A DNA stretch of 64,000 nt. It comes from an uncultured Chloroflexia bacterium (GTDB taxonomy: Bacteria > Chloroflexota > Anaerolineae > Promineifilales > Promineifilaceae). Made by a program: the position numbers and the translations under genes. Below the pieces are notes generated by a model. It had not been told where the DNA came from and did not search any database. It saw only the letters and a program-made list of their open reading frames with translations. The DNA lies in contig CAVTPP010000005.1 in NCBI GenBank assembly GCA_963736615.1, forward strand, positions 138,473 through 202,472, given 5' to 3'. Shown here piece after piece: positions 20,824-31,440 of the stretch. Position 1 is the stretch's first letter, and each line of letters starts with the position of its first letter.

Positions 20824-22800
20824 ATGTTTGGATATCATGGAAAGATCTTACACGTTGACCTGACTCAAGGATCAATCAACATTGAAGAACCCGAGGAATC
20901 TTTTTACCGCCGCTATTTTGGCGGCAGTGCGATGGGTGCCTATTACTTGCTTAAGCATACACCACCAGGCGTAGATGCCCTGGATCCGGAAAACACATTA
21001 GCTTTGATGCTTGGCCCGGCCACCGGTACGGCTATAGCCGGTCAAGCCCGCGTGACATCTACGGCGAAATCACCCCTCACCGGGCTCATTGGCGATGCCC
21101 AAGGAGGTGGCTATTGGCCTGCAGAGTTGAAGTTCGCCGGTTTTGATGGCATTGTCATCTATGGCAAAGCTGATAAGCCAGTTTATCTTTGGGTAAGCAA
21201 TGGAAAGGCGGAACTGCGGGACGCAGCTCATTTGTGGGGCAAGTACACGGCGGATGTAGAGGATGCCATCCGTGAAGAAATGGATGATAAACGTATCGAG
21301 GTTCTACAATGTGGGCCAGCGGGGGAGAATGGTGTGCGTTATGCTGCCCTGATCAGCTATGCTAATCGTGCTAACGGCCGTACCGGAATGGGTGCCGTCA
21401 TGGGCTCGAAGAATTTGAAAGCTGTCGCCGTACGCGGCAAGAATCGACCCGAAGTAGCCGATCCCGAGCGGTTTAAAACAGTTGCTAAATGGGGATCCTC
21501 CCATATTAAAACGGACGCAAGTTGGGGTGTACTGGGCACGCCCGGTGGTACGCTCTCGCAATCCTGGTCGGGTGGACTGCCGACAAACAACTGGGTCTCT
21601 GGAACATTTAGTAAAGCCGAGGAGATCGATGGCGAAAAATTGTACGACACGATCACACTAGAACGTGATACTTGTTACGCCTGCGCCATTCGTTGCAAAC
21701 GTGTGGTGGAAGTGACTGAGGGGCCTTATCAGGTAGAAGCGCGTTATGGTGGACCAGAATATGAAACATTAGGAATGCTGGGCTCAAGTTGTGGTGTTTC
21801 CAGCCTGGAGGCGATCTCCCTCGCCAATCAGCTCTGTAACATGTACGGCATGGACACTATTTCATGCGGCGGGACAATTGCCTGGGCAATGGATTGTTTC
21901 GAGCAGGGATTAATCACCCTGGAGGATACAGGTGGGATTGAACTCACTTTTGGCAATACAGATGCGATGGTGAAGATGGTGGAGTTGATCGGCAAACGGG
22001 AGGGTTTTGGTAATGTATTGGGCGAAGGATCGGCGCAAGCGGCAGAAATTCTCGGCGTTGGTCAGGATCTGGTAGTGACGGTGAAGAAACAGGAACTGCC
22101 GGCCCATATGCCCCAAGTCAAACGCAGCCTAGGTCTGATCTATGCCGTTAACCCTTTTGGTGCCGACCACATGTCCAGTGACCATGACTCCGGTTACGAA
22201 TCTTTCTCCGAACGACTGTCTGAATTTGGCCTGATCGATCCGCAGCCTGCCCAGACCTTGAATGGTCAAAAAGTGCGTTTCGCCTATTATACACAGCTTG
22301 TCTACAGCTTTATGGACACAGCGCCCTTGTGCAGCTTTGTTTGGGGGCCCTCCTGGCAGCTCTTCAACTCTAGTCAGTTGGAGGAGATGATACGTGCGAC
22401 CACAGGTTGGGATATGAACCTTTGGGAGTTGATGAAAATTGGCGAGCGACGTTTGAATCTTTTGCGTGCCTATAATGTGCGTGAAGGGGTCGGACGAGAG
22501 GCCGATACAATACCGAAGAAGCTAACTGTCGCCCTCCAAGGGGGAAAGAGTGATGGATTATCAGTTACTGTAAATGAAATAGAAGAGGCGAAAGACCTCT
22601 ATTTCCAGATGGCGGGATGGGATGAGAACGGCCACCCAACACGAGCAAAGCTAGAAGAACTCTCGCTCGGTTGGCTGGCAAACGAGTTATGGGGGGAAGG
22701 TGCTTTTGCAGTGAATGCTGACAGCTCAATGACATCAAAACGGCCTGGGGTTTTGGGTGAGTTCTTTGATGTTGACGATCCGGCTTCAGCCCCCCAATAA
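20824..22800 (+). CDS. aldehyde:ferredoxin oxidoreductase (tungstopterin AOR family)
   Basis: N-terminus MFGYHGKILHVDLTQG...YFGGSAMGAYYLL, then GGPEYETLGMLGSSCG and the Cys motif CYACAIRC. 658 aa. Confidence 0.9.
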   Translation: MFGYHGKILHVDLTQGSINIEEPEESFYRRYFGGSAMGAYYLLKHTPPGVDALDPENTLALMLGPATGTAIAGQARVTSTAKSPLTGLIGDAQGGGYWPAELKFAGFDGIVIYGKADKPVYLWVSNGKAELRDAAHLWGKYTADVEDAIREEMDDKRIEVLQCGPAGENGVRYAALISYANRANGRTGMGAVMGSKNLKAVAVRGKNRPEVADPERFKTVAKWGSSHIKTDASWGVLGTPGGTLSQSWSGGLPTNNWVSGTFSKAEEIDGEKLYDTITLERDTCYACAIRCKRVVEVTEGPYQVEARYGGPEYETLGMLGSSCGVSSLEAISLANQLCNMYGMDTISCGGTIAWAMDCFEQGLITLEDTGGIELTFGNTDAMVKMVELIGKREGFGNVLGEGSAQAAEILGVGQDLVVTVKKQELPAHMPQVKRSLGLIYAVNPFGADHMSSDHDSGYESFSERLSEFGLIDPQPAQTLNGQKVRFAYYTQLVYSFMDTAPLCSFVWGPSWQLFNSSQLEEMIRATTGWDMNLWELMKIGERRLNLLRAYNVREGVGREADTIPKKLTVALQGGKSDGLSVTVNEIEEAKDLYFQMAGWDENGHPTRAKLEELSLGWLANELWGEGAFAVNADSSMTSKRPGVLGEFFDVDDPASAPQ

Positions 22801-22857
22801 AAATAGTATCTATGCTTTAACAATCAGGTCAAACTAAAGAAGAGGGTCAAGTTCATT

Positions 22858-23496
22858 ATGAATGAAATTGTGGAGCAATTGGGTCGGATAGGAATTATTC
22901 CCGTGGTGGCAATAGATGATGCGGATACGGCCGTTTCTCTCGGCCAAGCACTGCTCGATGGCGGGCTGCCCTGTGCTGAAATTACCTTTCGCACAGCCGC
23001 AGCAGCAGATGCTATCCAAAAAATGAGCGCTGCGCTCCCTGACATTTTGGTTGGAGCCGGCACGGTATTGACGGTGAACCAAGCGGAGAAGGCAGCGGCT
23101 GCCGGGGCCAAATTTATTGTCACTCCTGGTTTTGATGCCCAGGTCGTAGATTGGTGTCAAGCAAATAACATGCCTGTTACGCCCGGCGTGATGACACCAA
23201 CGGACATTAACCAAGCGATTGCCAAAGGGTTGAACATTCTTAAGTTTTTCCCTGCTGAAGTGGCGGGCGGCGTCAAAGCCCTGAAAGCGATTGGTGGTCC
23301 TTATGTGGGCCTCAAATTCATCCCTACGGGAGGCATCAGTGCAAATAATCTCGCCGATTATCTCAGCCTGCCAATGGTGCATGCCTGTGGTGGTAGTTTT
23401 ATGGTGAAGAAGCAGCTGATTGCCGATGGCCAATTTGAAACCATCACCCAACTGGCGCAAACGGCCGTTGATATTGTCAAATCAGCCCGTTCATAA
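22858..23496 (+). CDS. eda: 2-dehydro-3-deoxyphosphogluconate (KDPG/KHG) aldolase
   Basis: GIIPVVAIDD...AEITFRT...GAGTVL...KFFPA motifs. 212 aa. Confidence 0.9.
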   Translation: MNEIVEQLGRIGIIPVVAIDDADTAVSLGQALLDGGLPCAEITFRTAAAADAIQKMSAALPDILVGAGTVLTVNQAEKAAAAGAKFIVTPGFDAQVVDWCQANNMPVTPGVMTPTDINQAIAKGLNILKFFPAEVAGGVKALKAIGGPYVGLKFIPTGGISANNLADYLSLPMVHACGGSFMVKKQLIADGQFETITQLAQTAVDIVKSARS

Positions 23497-23594
23497 AAAT
23501 AGCGATCCGATTTTATCGGAAACTTCGGCGCAGAATAGAATGAACTGCGGGAACAGAATGTCTCGTATTCAGGAAATTGATTTGGAGGATTATC

Positions 23595-24641
23595 ATGAGT
23601 AAGCGAGTGGTAACTTTAGGTGAGATCATGCTGCGCTTAAAACCACCTGGATTTGAGCGCTTTTTTCAAACACCAATATTAGAAACCACCTTTGGTGGAG
23701 GGGAAGGAAATGTGGCCATTTCCCTGGCGAATTTTGGGCTAGATGTTTCGTTTGTGACCGCATTGCCCAACAATCCCATTGCTGATGCGTGCATTCGTTT
23801 CTTGCGGGGATTTGGCGTCGACACCTCACTGATTCAACGAAGTGGTGAACGGATGGGGGTTTATTTTTTGGAGGGTGGCGCAAATCAACGGCCGTCGAAC
23901 GTTGTTTATGATCGTGAAAATTCTGCGATTGCCAGCGCCGCAGGCGACTCCTTCGATTGGGATATCATTTTTGATGAGGCAGGCTGGTTTCACATTACGG
24001 GTATTACACCTGCATTGAGTGAAACGGCTGCTGCTCTTTCTCTGCAAGCGGTTCAAGCTGCCCGAGCCCGGGGAGTCACCGTTTCCTGTGATTATAATTA
24101 CCGTAAAAAGCTTTGGAAATATGGTAAAACAGCGCCGGAAGTCATGTCTGAGCTGGTCAAATACGTGGATGTGGGTATTGCGAATGAAGAGGATTGCCAA
24201 CGTTCCCTTGGCGTCAGCGTTATGGAAGGGGATTGGGAACATTCTGTATCATTTGGAGAGCTTGATACGGCACGCTACGAAGCATTAGCCAAAAAGATGT
24301 TTGAGACCTTCCCTAATCTGAAATACCAGACGATCACCCTGCGCGAAAGTTATAGTGCCAGTCATAATGGCTGGTCGGCATGCCTATACAATGGCTCAGA
24401 ATTCTTTCTCAGCCCTCGCTACGACATCACTGATATTGTGGACCGCGTCGGCGGCGGCGACTCGTTTGCTGCCGGCTTGATATATGGCTTACACACCGGT
24501 ATGGGAGATGGGGATGCATTGACTTTTGCCGTGGCTGCGTCGTGTCTCAAACACAGCATCGCCGGGGATGCAAATCTATCGACGGTGGCAGAAGTCAAGC
24601 GGCTGGCTGGTGGTGACGCATCAGGACGCGTGCAGCGATAG
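23595..24641 (+). CDS. kdgK: 2-dehydro-3-deoxygluconokinase (PfkB family)
   Basis: [16 protein letters not shown]-terminus and [13 protein letters not shown] signature. ATG at 23595 follows a GGAGG RBS; the ORF is open from 23577. Confidence 0.85.
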   Translation: MSKRVVTLGEIMLRLKPPGFERFFQTPILETTFGGGEGNVAISLANFGLDVSFVTALPNNPIADACIRFLRGFGVDTSLIQRSGERMGVYFLEGGANQRPSNVVYDRENSAIASAAGDSFDWDIIFDEAGWFHITGITPALSETAAALSLQAVQAARARGVTVSCDYNYRKKLWKYGKTAPEVMSELVKYVDVGIANEEDCQRSLGVSVMEGDWEHSVSFGELDTARYEALAKKMFETFPNLKYQTITLRESYSASHNGWSACLYNGSEFFLSPRYDITDIVDRVGGGDSFAAGLIYGLHTGMGDGDALTFAVAASCLKHSIAGDANLSTVAEVKRLAGGDASGRVQR

Positions 24642-24790
24642 AAGCATGCAAGGATAATTCGTAACTACGCATGGACTCGAGGGCTGATCCTGTCGAAGCT
24701 CGGTTCCGCCTTCGACAAGCTCAGGCTACACCTGATTAGTGACGAAAACTCTTTAAGAAGTTGGGATTTTACTTGCAGCGTGGGAACTTT

Positions 24791-25699
24791 TCATTCCGGG
24801 CCGAATGGAAAGTATTCAACTTCATGTTTGATCGCCTCAATCTGAATCGCGATCTCGCGCTTATCTGCAGCGTCAAGCTCGAGAGCACCGGCCGGAGCCC
24901 GCTCGACGGCCGTCGTAAAGACCCCTCGCCGGTTAAGCATGTAGCGCATGAAGGGGTAGGTTTCCAGATTAATCAATGGTAGCAACCGGGTATGCAGCGC
25001 CCGGGCTCCGGATTGATCACCGGCCCACCACAATTCCATTACCTTGGCCAAGAGATCTGCGATTTCACAAGCCGGCATACAGCCATTGGCTCCTCGTGTT
25101 AACTCATCAGGCAAAAACTTTCCACCCGCGCCCCCAAAGATGGTCTTGACTTTATCGCCGACTAAATCGGCGATTTCGGCGATATGTTTGGGACCAGGTT
25201 CCCGCTCTTCTTTAATATATTCTATTGAAGGAACTTCTTCGATGAGGCTGGCGATTTGCTCTCCGTTTAACGGCGCATACATCCCGGCATTTTGCAGCAC
25301 AATCGGACCGTAAAAATTGTCGGCAAGACGGCGGAACATTTCAATAGCGATTGTCTGATCGGTGCGGGCCGGGGCCATGGCAATAATCGCGTCGGCACCC
25401 GCCTTTTGTGCTGCACGGGCAAAGAGTAGTACCTGAGGTAAAGAAATGCCGGAGCAGCCAAAAATTAAAGGGAGTCGGCCGTTGATCTCTTCCAGCAGTG
25501 CGTCTAGCCCACGGATCCGTTCTTCTTCCCCCAAAAAATAAAACTCACCAACCATAACTGGCCATACGATGCCGTGCTGGCCACTGCGGCAGCAAAAGTT
25601 GGCGGCGGCCTTCAAATCCGGGATAAGAATCTCGTAATCGGCGTCATAGGGGGTTGGTAGGAGACCGAAACAGCCTTTAAGATGATCGAAGCGAGCCAT
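24791..25699 (-). CDS. DHDPS/N-acetylneuraminate-lyase-family aldolase (candidate 2-keto-3-deoxy sugar-acid aldolase)
   Basis: 302-aa ORF with the length and layout of the DapA/NAL family. Lies 12 nt downstream of an enolase-superfamily dehydratase gene. Confidence 0.75.
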   Translation of the reverse strand: MARFDHLKGCFGLLPTPYDADYEILIPDLKAAANFCCRSGQHGIVWPVMVGEFYFLGEEERIRGLDALLEEINGRLPLIFGCSGISLPQVLLFARAAQKAGADAIIAMAPARTDQTIAIEMFRRLADNFYGPIVLQNAGMYAPLNGEQIASLIEEVPSIEYIKEEREPGPKHIAEIADLVGDKVKTIFGGAGGKFLPDELTRGANGCMPACEIADLLAKVMELWWAGDQSGARALHTRLLPLINLETYPFMRYMLNRRGVFTTAVERAPAGALELDAADKREIAIQIEAIKHEVEYFPFGPE

Positions 25700-25711
25700 A
25701 TTGGTTTATCC

Positions 25712-27049
25712 TTATTCTTTCCAACGATTATCGGGTCGCCAGAAGCCAAGCTTCGGTGTGTTCCACTCATCTGTGGGCAGAAACAGTGTGTCTGGTGTGC
25801 GCAAATTAGCCTCGATGGCTTCCAGGTTAAGATCGACTCCTAACCCCGGGGAATCCGGTACCGTGACATAACCATCCTTCATATAGTCACTTGGGAGGCC
25901 GGTTACTAAGCTCTCCCAGAAGGGTAGATCAAGCCCATGATGTTCTAAGGCGAGAAAGCTAGGGATAGCTGCCGCGCAGTGTACGTTGGCCATAAAACCT
26001 ATTGGAGAACCGGCACAATGTAGTGCGGTGGGAATTCCATAACGCTCCCCGTAGTCGGCGATCTTTTTAGTTTCCATCATGCCACCAGATGTGAGTAGAT
26101 CGGGGTGCAAAATATCAATGGCTCGCTGCTCAATCCAGTCACGGAATCCATCCCACAAATAAAGTTCTTCGCCGGCCGCAATGGGTGTGTGCAAGGCATC
26201 GGCGACGCGCTTGTGGCCAACAAGGTCGTCCCACGGCATCGGATCTTCAATCCAAGCCAGGTGATAGGGTTCCCAGGCTTCCCCCAGACGGATCATTTCA
26301 TCGAGCGTCAGATGCCCATGTCCAAAATGATCGGTACAAAGAGAGATTTCTTCTCCGACAGCTTCACGAATGGCCGCCACAATATTAACTGAGGCTTCGA
26401 TTCCACGATCGGTCAGGCGTGCGCCGGCCCCTGTGCCGGGTGCTCGCCATTGACGCCCCAGTGCATAATCCCCACGTGTCGATTGGCCCACAAGCCCTCC
26501 GGGAACCGACTCGAAAAGTGTAGGTCGGAGGTCGAACTTAATGAAGGTCAACCCCAGAGCTTGTCGACTGGCGAGCGCTTCTCGATAGCCATCAACAGTT
26601 GGTTCGTCTGGTGCTGGGGTATCGGCATACAGGCGCACCATGTCGCGATATTTGCCGCCGAGCAGTTGGTAGCATGGGACACCATAAACCTTGCCCACGA
26701 GATCCCAAAGGGCTATTTCGATACCAGAGACGCCTCCGCCTTCGCGTCCCCAATTGCCAAACTTCTTGAGCGCCCGAAAGATCATATCGACATTGCATGG
26801 ATTTTGCCCAAGCAACATGCTTTTAAACTGCAGTGCATTTTCTTTGTGGCCTGCATCACGCACCTCACCCAATCCATAGATCCCCTGGTTGGTGTCAATG
26901 CGAATGATGGGGTAGTCGTAATTACTGGCGACCACGGCAATACGCATGTCGGTTATCTTGAGATCGCTTGGCTGTGAGTGGGTCCTGATGGCATCTTCAA
27001 CGCGATTAAGTTGGGCTTTTTTGCTTGATGAATTTTGCTGGATAGTCAT
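25712..27049 (-). CDS. enolase-superfamily sugar-acid dehydratase (gluconate/galactonate/mannonate dehydratase-like)
   Basis: 445 aa. Motifs GLGEVRDAG, WIEDP and AAGEEL. Confidence 0.85.
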   Translation of the reverse strand: MTIQQNSSSKKAQLNRVEDAIRTHSQPSDLKITDMRIAVVASNYDYPIIRIDTNQGIYGLGEVRDAGHKENALQFKSMLLGQNPCNVDMIFRALKKFGNWGREGGGVSGIEIALWDLVGKVYGVPCYQLLGGKYRDMVRLYADTPAPDEPTVDGYREALASRQALGLTFIKFDLRPTLFESVPGGLVGQSTRGDYALGRQWRAPGTGAGARLTDRGIEASVNIVAAIREAVGEEISLCTDHFGHGHLTLDEMIRLGEAWEPYHLAWIEDPMPWDDLVGHKRVADALHTPIAAGEELYLWDGFRDWIEQRAIDILHPDLLTSGGMMETKKIADYGERYGIPTALHCAGSPIGFMANVHCAAAIPSFLALEHHGLDLPFWESLVTGLPSDYMKDGYVTVPDSPGLGVDLNLEAIEANLRTPDTLFLPTDEWNTPKLGFWRPDNRWKE

Positions 27050-27243
27050 GGCTAATGCCTCCTACTTTTGTCAATTTCGCAAATTGCGGAACTGCGATTA
27101 TCTACCTGGGAATGAACTCGATGTCAAGTGTTACACAGTTGCGCGGAAACATTATAAAACGTATCTCGAACCTGGCAAAAACCATGTGGATTTTTCGCAT
27201 AGTAAATCTACTCTTTTCTAATTCCACGAGAGACTGTCTGTGT

Positions 27244-29567
27244 CTATGTAAGTTGGACGGTAAGTCGGCTGGCTCCATCAGTCGGGAGCAGCAGTGTTCC
27301 CTGCATATCTGCTTTACTAATGCCACCGCTGACAGCAGCAACGGCCGTTATCCCTCTCAGAAGTATCCGCCACGGTTCAGTCGCTCCCTTGACCTCGATA
27401 TTTATTATTTCACCATCGCGGCAGAGGTGTAGAGTTACGCCGGTATCTCCTTGGAGTGTGGGGACGGAAACGGAAACGACTGCCTTTTCTTCCAGATTAA
27501 AGAGATGGAAGGTCACATTATCGGCGAAGTTGTAGTCGGGACGGCTGTCGTTGGCTCCAATGGGGATGATGCTGTTCGGCCGTACCCACAGCGGCAGGCT
27601 GAAAAAATCATACGATTCCCGTCGCCAGCTGCCGCCTTGCGCTACTTCTCCACTCAGGAAATGAGTCCAACGCCCTGCAGGCAGGTAGTAATCAACCACA
27701 TTATCATGCCGGAAAACAGGCGCGACCAGCAGCGATTCGCCCAACATATATTGCCGATCCAGATAATCACAGCCGGGATCATCGGGGAATTCCAGCATCA
27801 TAGCGCGCAAAGTAGGCAGAGCCGCTCTCATGCGCTTGCACGGCTGCGCCATATAGATAGGGCATCAGGCGACATTTGAGCTTGGTGAAGTAGCGCAGCA
27901 CATCCACCGCTTCTTCGTCAAAGAGCCAGGGCACACGATAAGATTCGCTGCCATGCAGGCGGCTGTGCGAAGAAAGCAAACCAAAGGCACACCAGCGCTT
28001 GTATACATCAGCGGAAGCTGTTTGCTCAAAACCGCCAATATCATGGCTCCAAAAGCCAAAGCCAGACAGCGAAAGCGACAGGCCGCCGCGCAAACTTTCC
28101 GCCATCGACTCAAAAGTTGCGGTGCAGTCACCGCCCCAATGCACGGGGAATTGTTGACCGCCGGCGGTAGCGGAACGGGCAAAGACAACAGCTTCGCCTG
28201 GGCCACGTTCTTCCTCCAGCACTTCAAATACGGTTTGGTTGTAGAGATAGGTATAGAAGTTGTGCATCTTCACCGGGTCGGAGCCGTCATGGTAAACAAC
28301 ATCAGTGGGGATGCGTTCGCCGAAGTCGGTTTTGAAGCAGTCTACGCCCATTTTCAGCAATCCACGCAGTTTGTCTGCCAAACCAGCGGCAGGCATCGGG
28401 ATTGGTAAAATCGACCAGCCCCATGCCCGCCTGCCACCGATCCCACTGCCAGACATCGCCATCGGGCGTTTTGACCAGGTAGCCGTTTGCCATGCCTTCG
28501 TCAAACAGAGCTGAGCGTTGGGCGATATAGGGATTGATCCAGACGCAAATGTGCAGGCCGCGCGCTTTGAGCCGCTGCAGCATGCCTTCCGGATCAGGGA
28601 AAAACGCGTCATCCCATTCGAAATTGGTCCAGTGGAACTCCTTCATCCAGAAGCAATCAAAGTGGAAGACGTGCAGCGGTAAATCGCGGTCGGCCATGCC
28701 TTGCACGAAACTGGTGACGGTTGCTTCGTCGTAATCGGTGGTGAAGGAGGTGGAGAGCCAGAGGCCAAAGGACCAGGCTGGCGGCAATGCGGGCCGTCCG
28801 GTCAGCGCGGTGTAACGAGTGAGTACCTCTTGAGGCGTGGGGCCGTTGATGATGAAGTAGTCGAGTGATTCGCCAGGTACGCTGAACTGCACGCGTTCCA
28901 CTTTTTCGGAGCCGACTTCAAGGGAGACCAGTTCTGGATGGTTGATGAAGACGCCATAGCCGCGGTTGGTGAGGTAGAAGGGGATGTTCTTATAGGCCTG
29001 TTCGCTGCTGGTGCCGCCGTCTTCGTTCCACAGATCTACGACCTGGCCATTTTTGACGAAGGGGGTGAAACGTTCACCCAGACCATAGACACATTCGCCA
29101 ACGCCGAGGCCAAGCTGCTCGTGGATGTAGCGGCCATTTTCCGTATCCACATATCCCATACCACGCCAGCCACTTTGGGTCAGCAAACGCGAGCCATCGA
29201 AATATTCCACGAGCCAATTTTCGCCCTTGTGCACACGAACGGAGAGATCGCCGCTGGTCATGGCGGCGAAGGACTCTTCATTTTCAATGTGAATCTCGTG
29301 CTCGTGTTGGAATTGAAGCGGAAATGTAGGTATAGACGGCCGTTGCCCTTTGTGATGTCCGATTTGAACTCTAATCACATTGGGAATGGGTGAAGAAAAG
29401 CGCACCGTGAACAACCCCGTATTTACCGTATCGGCCCGATGAGCCAGTCGTTTTGTAGCGCCGTAAACGATGAGGGCATTTGACTCTACTTCGACATCAT
29501 AGACGTGGATAGGATGATGTGCTGTTACACCTGAGCGAATATGCCAATAACCATCAGTGAATTTCAT
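27244..29567 (-). pseudogene. GH31 alpha-xylosidase (YicI-like, ~775 aa) with two frameshifts (~28379 and ~27810-27822)
   Basis: MKFTDGYWHIRSG N-terminus, VDCFKTDFGERIPTDV, HWGGDC and RAMMLEFPDDPGCDYLDRQYMLG. The three listed ORFs join as ...DACRWF|ADKLRGLL... and ...AHESG|LPTLRAMM... Confidence 0.85.
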
Positions 29568-29880
29568 TGGTAGGAATCCTTGCTATCTCTGCTATCAAAA
29601 TTTCCAGTAACCCCCTGGTTAGGATTTGAGCATTTCAAGAATAGAATAGAGTATCTGGTGGGCTAACGCCAATTCCAATTCGATTTGGTAGGATTTCTCA
29701 AGCGTTATTTGGATCACGGCAGTATTTACCCCGTCACGGGTTCGTAAACAAGTAACTACTTTTGCTTCTCGAACTGGAAAAGATTTTGGTTGATAAAACG
29801 GGATCGCCAACTAAGCTCAGAAAGTGCAAGTACCCAACAAAAGAATATAATCTTTGATATTTTCAAGGAGATAAACGATC

Positions 29881-30332
29881 ATGTCCAAACAAGACCTTGG
29901 GACCACCATCATAACTCAAATTGGTATAGTGGTTAATAATATCGAGATTGCGGCTCAACGCTGGGCCGACGTATTTAAGCTGCCTATGCCAGAAATTCTC
30001 GTGACCGACGCGGTTGGTCTGGCCCAAACTGAATATATGGGCGTCTCGACGCCCGCGCGAGCCAAGCTCGCCTTTTTTGATTTTGGTCAAGTGGATGTCG
30101 AGTTGATTGAACCTATCGATGGGCCCAGCACATGGAAGGATCAATTGGACCTGCACGGCGAAAGCATCCACCATATCGCTTTTGAAATTCAAGGAATGGG
30201 TGAGAGTATCACTTTTCTCGCTGATAAAGGGATCTCTCTTGTCCAACGGGGTGAATACAGTGGTGGACGCTATGCCTATTTGGACGGCCTGGCCAGTTGG
30301 GCGCATTCCTGGAGCTACTTGAAAATGATTGA
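29881..30332 (+). pseudogene. VOC/glyoxalase-fold protein (methylmalonyl-CoA-epimerase-like) with a frame change near 30290-30296
   Basis: IGIVVNNIE...VELIEP...HHIAFE motifs. A family-typical C-terminus, LGAFLELLEND*, appears in the -1 frame ending at 30332. The listed ORF instead runs on to 30384. Confidence 0.6.
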
Positions 30333-30374
30333 CCCAATTGCCGTACCCAATGTCCAAATCCCTCCCGCACTCTC

Positions 30375-31303
30375 ATGTCGCTAAAGCCGCTTGCTCTGGG
30401 TGGCTGGGTTTTTGGAGATGATAGTTGGGAAGGTGCAAAACGCGATCTTCTGCAATAAGGCGATGGAGCAAGCCCTGGCAAACGACATTCGCCATTTTGA
30501 TACAGCCGCCGACTATGGCAACGGTGCATCGGAACGATTGATTGGCCAGTTTCTGGACGCCAGACGTGACCAGGTCTTTCTGGCAACTAAAACCAACATT
30601 GATGAGATGGACTCCGACCTCATGATGACTAAAGTTGACGAAAGCCTCGCGCGTCTCCAGACTGATGTGATTGACCTTTTCTACATCCATTGGCCGCGCC
30701 AAGGGCAGGATATGCGCCCTTGATGGAAGGACTCGAACGCGCGCGGGAACGGGGGAAAATTCGCGCCATCGGGGTGAGTAATTTCTCGGTCTGCACAGAT
30801 GGCTCAGCTTTCCGAGGTGGGGCGGATTGACGCGCATCAGCTTTGTTACAATCTCTTCTGGCGCGTTGCCGAAGACGACATCATCCCCTATTGTCGCCTT
30901 CATGATATCGCCGTCGTGACCTACAGCTCGATTGCCCAGGGCGTTCTTGACGGGAAAGTTTGCGACGCAATCCTGGTCTTAAAGAGGGTGATCAGCGTGC
31001 CAATACAGTCCACTTCGAAGCGACAGTCTGGCCTCATATTTATGAAGGAGTGCAAGAGCTGAAGAAGTGCTAGCCGCTGAATTAGATCGCCCGTTGACCG
31101 ATTTGGCTATTCGTTGGGTTTTGCGCCAGCCGGGAATCAATACGGCAATCGTCGGGGCCAAAGATAGTGCTCAGGTCGAGCAAAATGCGGCGGCGCTTCG
31201 AGGCGATATCCCGGACCAAATATTTGATCGCATGAGCGCGATCAGCGATAGTGTGATTGCAAAGATGCCGAATAGTGGCAATATGTACCGCTATTATCCA
31301 TAA
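30375..31303 (+). pseudogene. aldo/keto reductase broken by at least 6 frame changes (~30430, ~30718, ~30792, ~30950, ~30970, ~31063)
   Basis: Family motifs are spread over all three frames: HFDTAADYGNGASE, ATK, LQTDVIDLFYIHWP, GKIRAIGVSNFSV, AHQLCYNLFWR, VVTYSSIAQGVL, GKFATQ, PGLKEGDQR, LAIRWVLRQPGINTAIVGAK. The true start may be ATG 30350. Confidence 0.75.
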
Positions 31304-31440
31304 ACAGTTGCGGTTGTTTATCCTTGTAGAACGCTATCGTCCACGGGGGACTAAACTGAAGATAAGGTCGTGAATAGGGCATTTCAGGGCTAGATAGCGC
31401 CGCGTAGTCTATCTAGTCGGCCTTTTTGTAGGGTAAGAGA

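Noticed and set aside
22834-23460. 208-aa minus-strand ORF opposite eda; likewise 20146-20739 opposite the enolase-superfamily gene and 36752-37360 opposite the Gfo gene
   Set aside because: The plus-strand genes carry unambiguous family motifs and RBSs. The antisense ORFs have none.
24691-24717. 8-bp hairpin TGTCGAAG...CTTCGACA between convergent kdgK and the DHDPS-like gene, as a terminator
   Set aside because: The loop is 11 nt and there is no T-run on either strand. That is too weak to call.
29619-29810. 63-aa minus-strand ORF in the GH31/VOC intergenic region
   Set aside because: No RBS and no recognisable motif. It lies in an AT-rich divergent promoter region.
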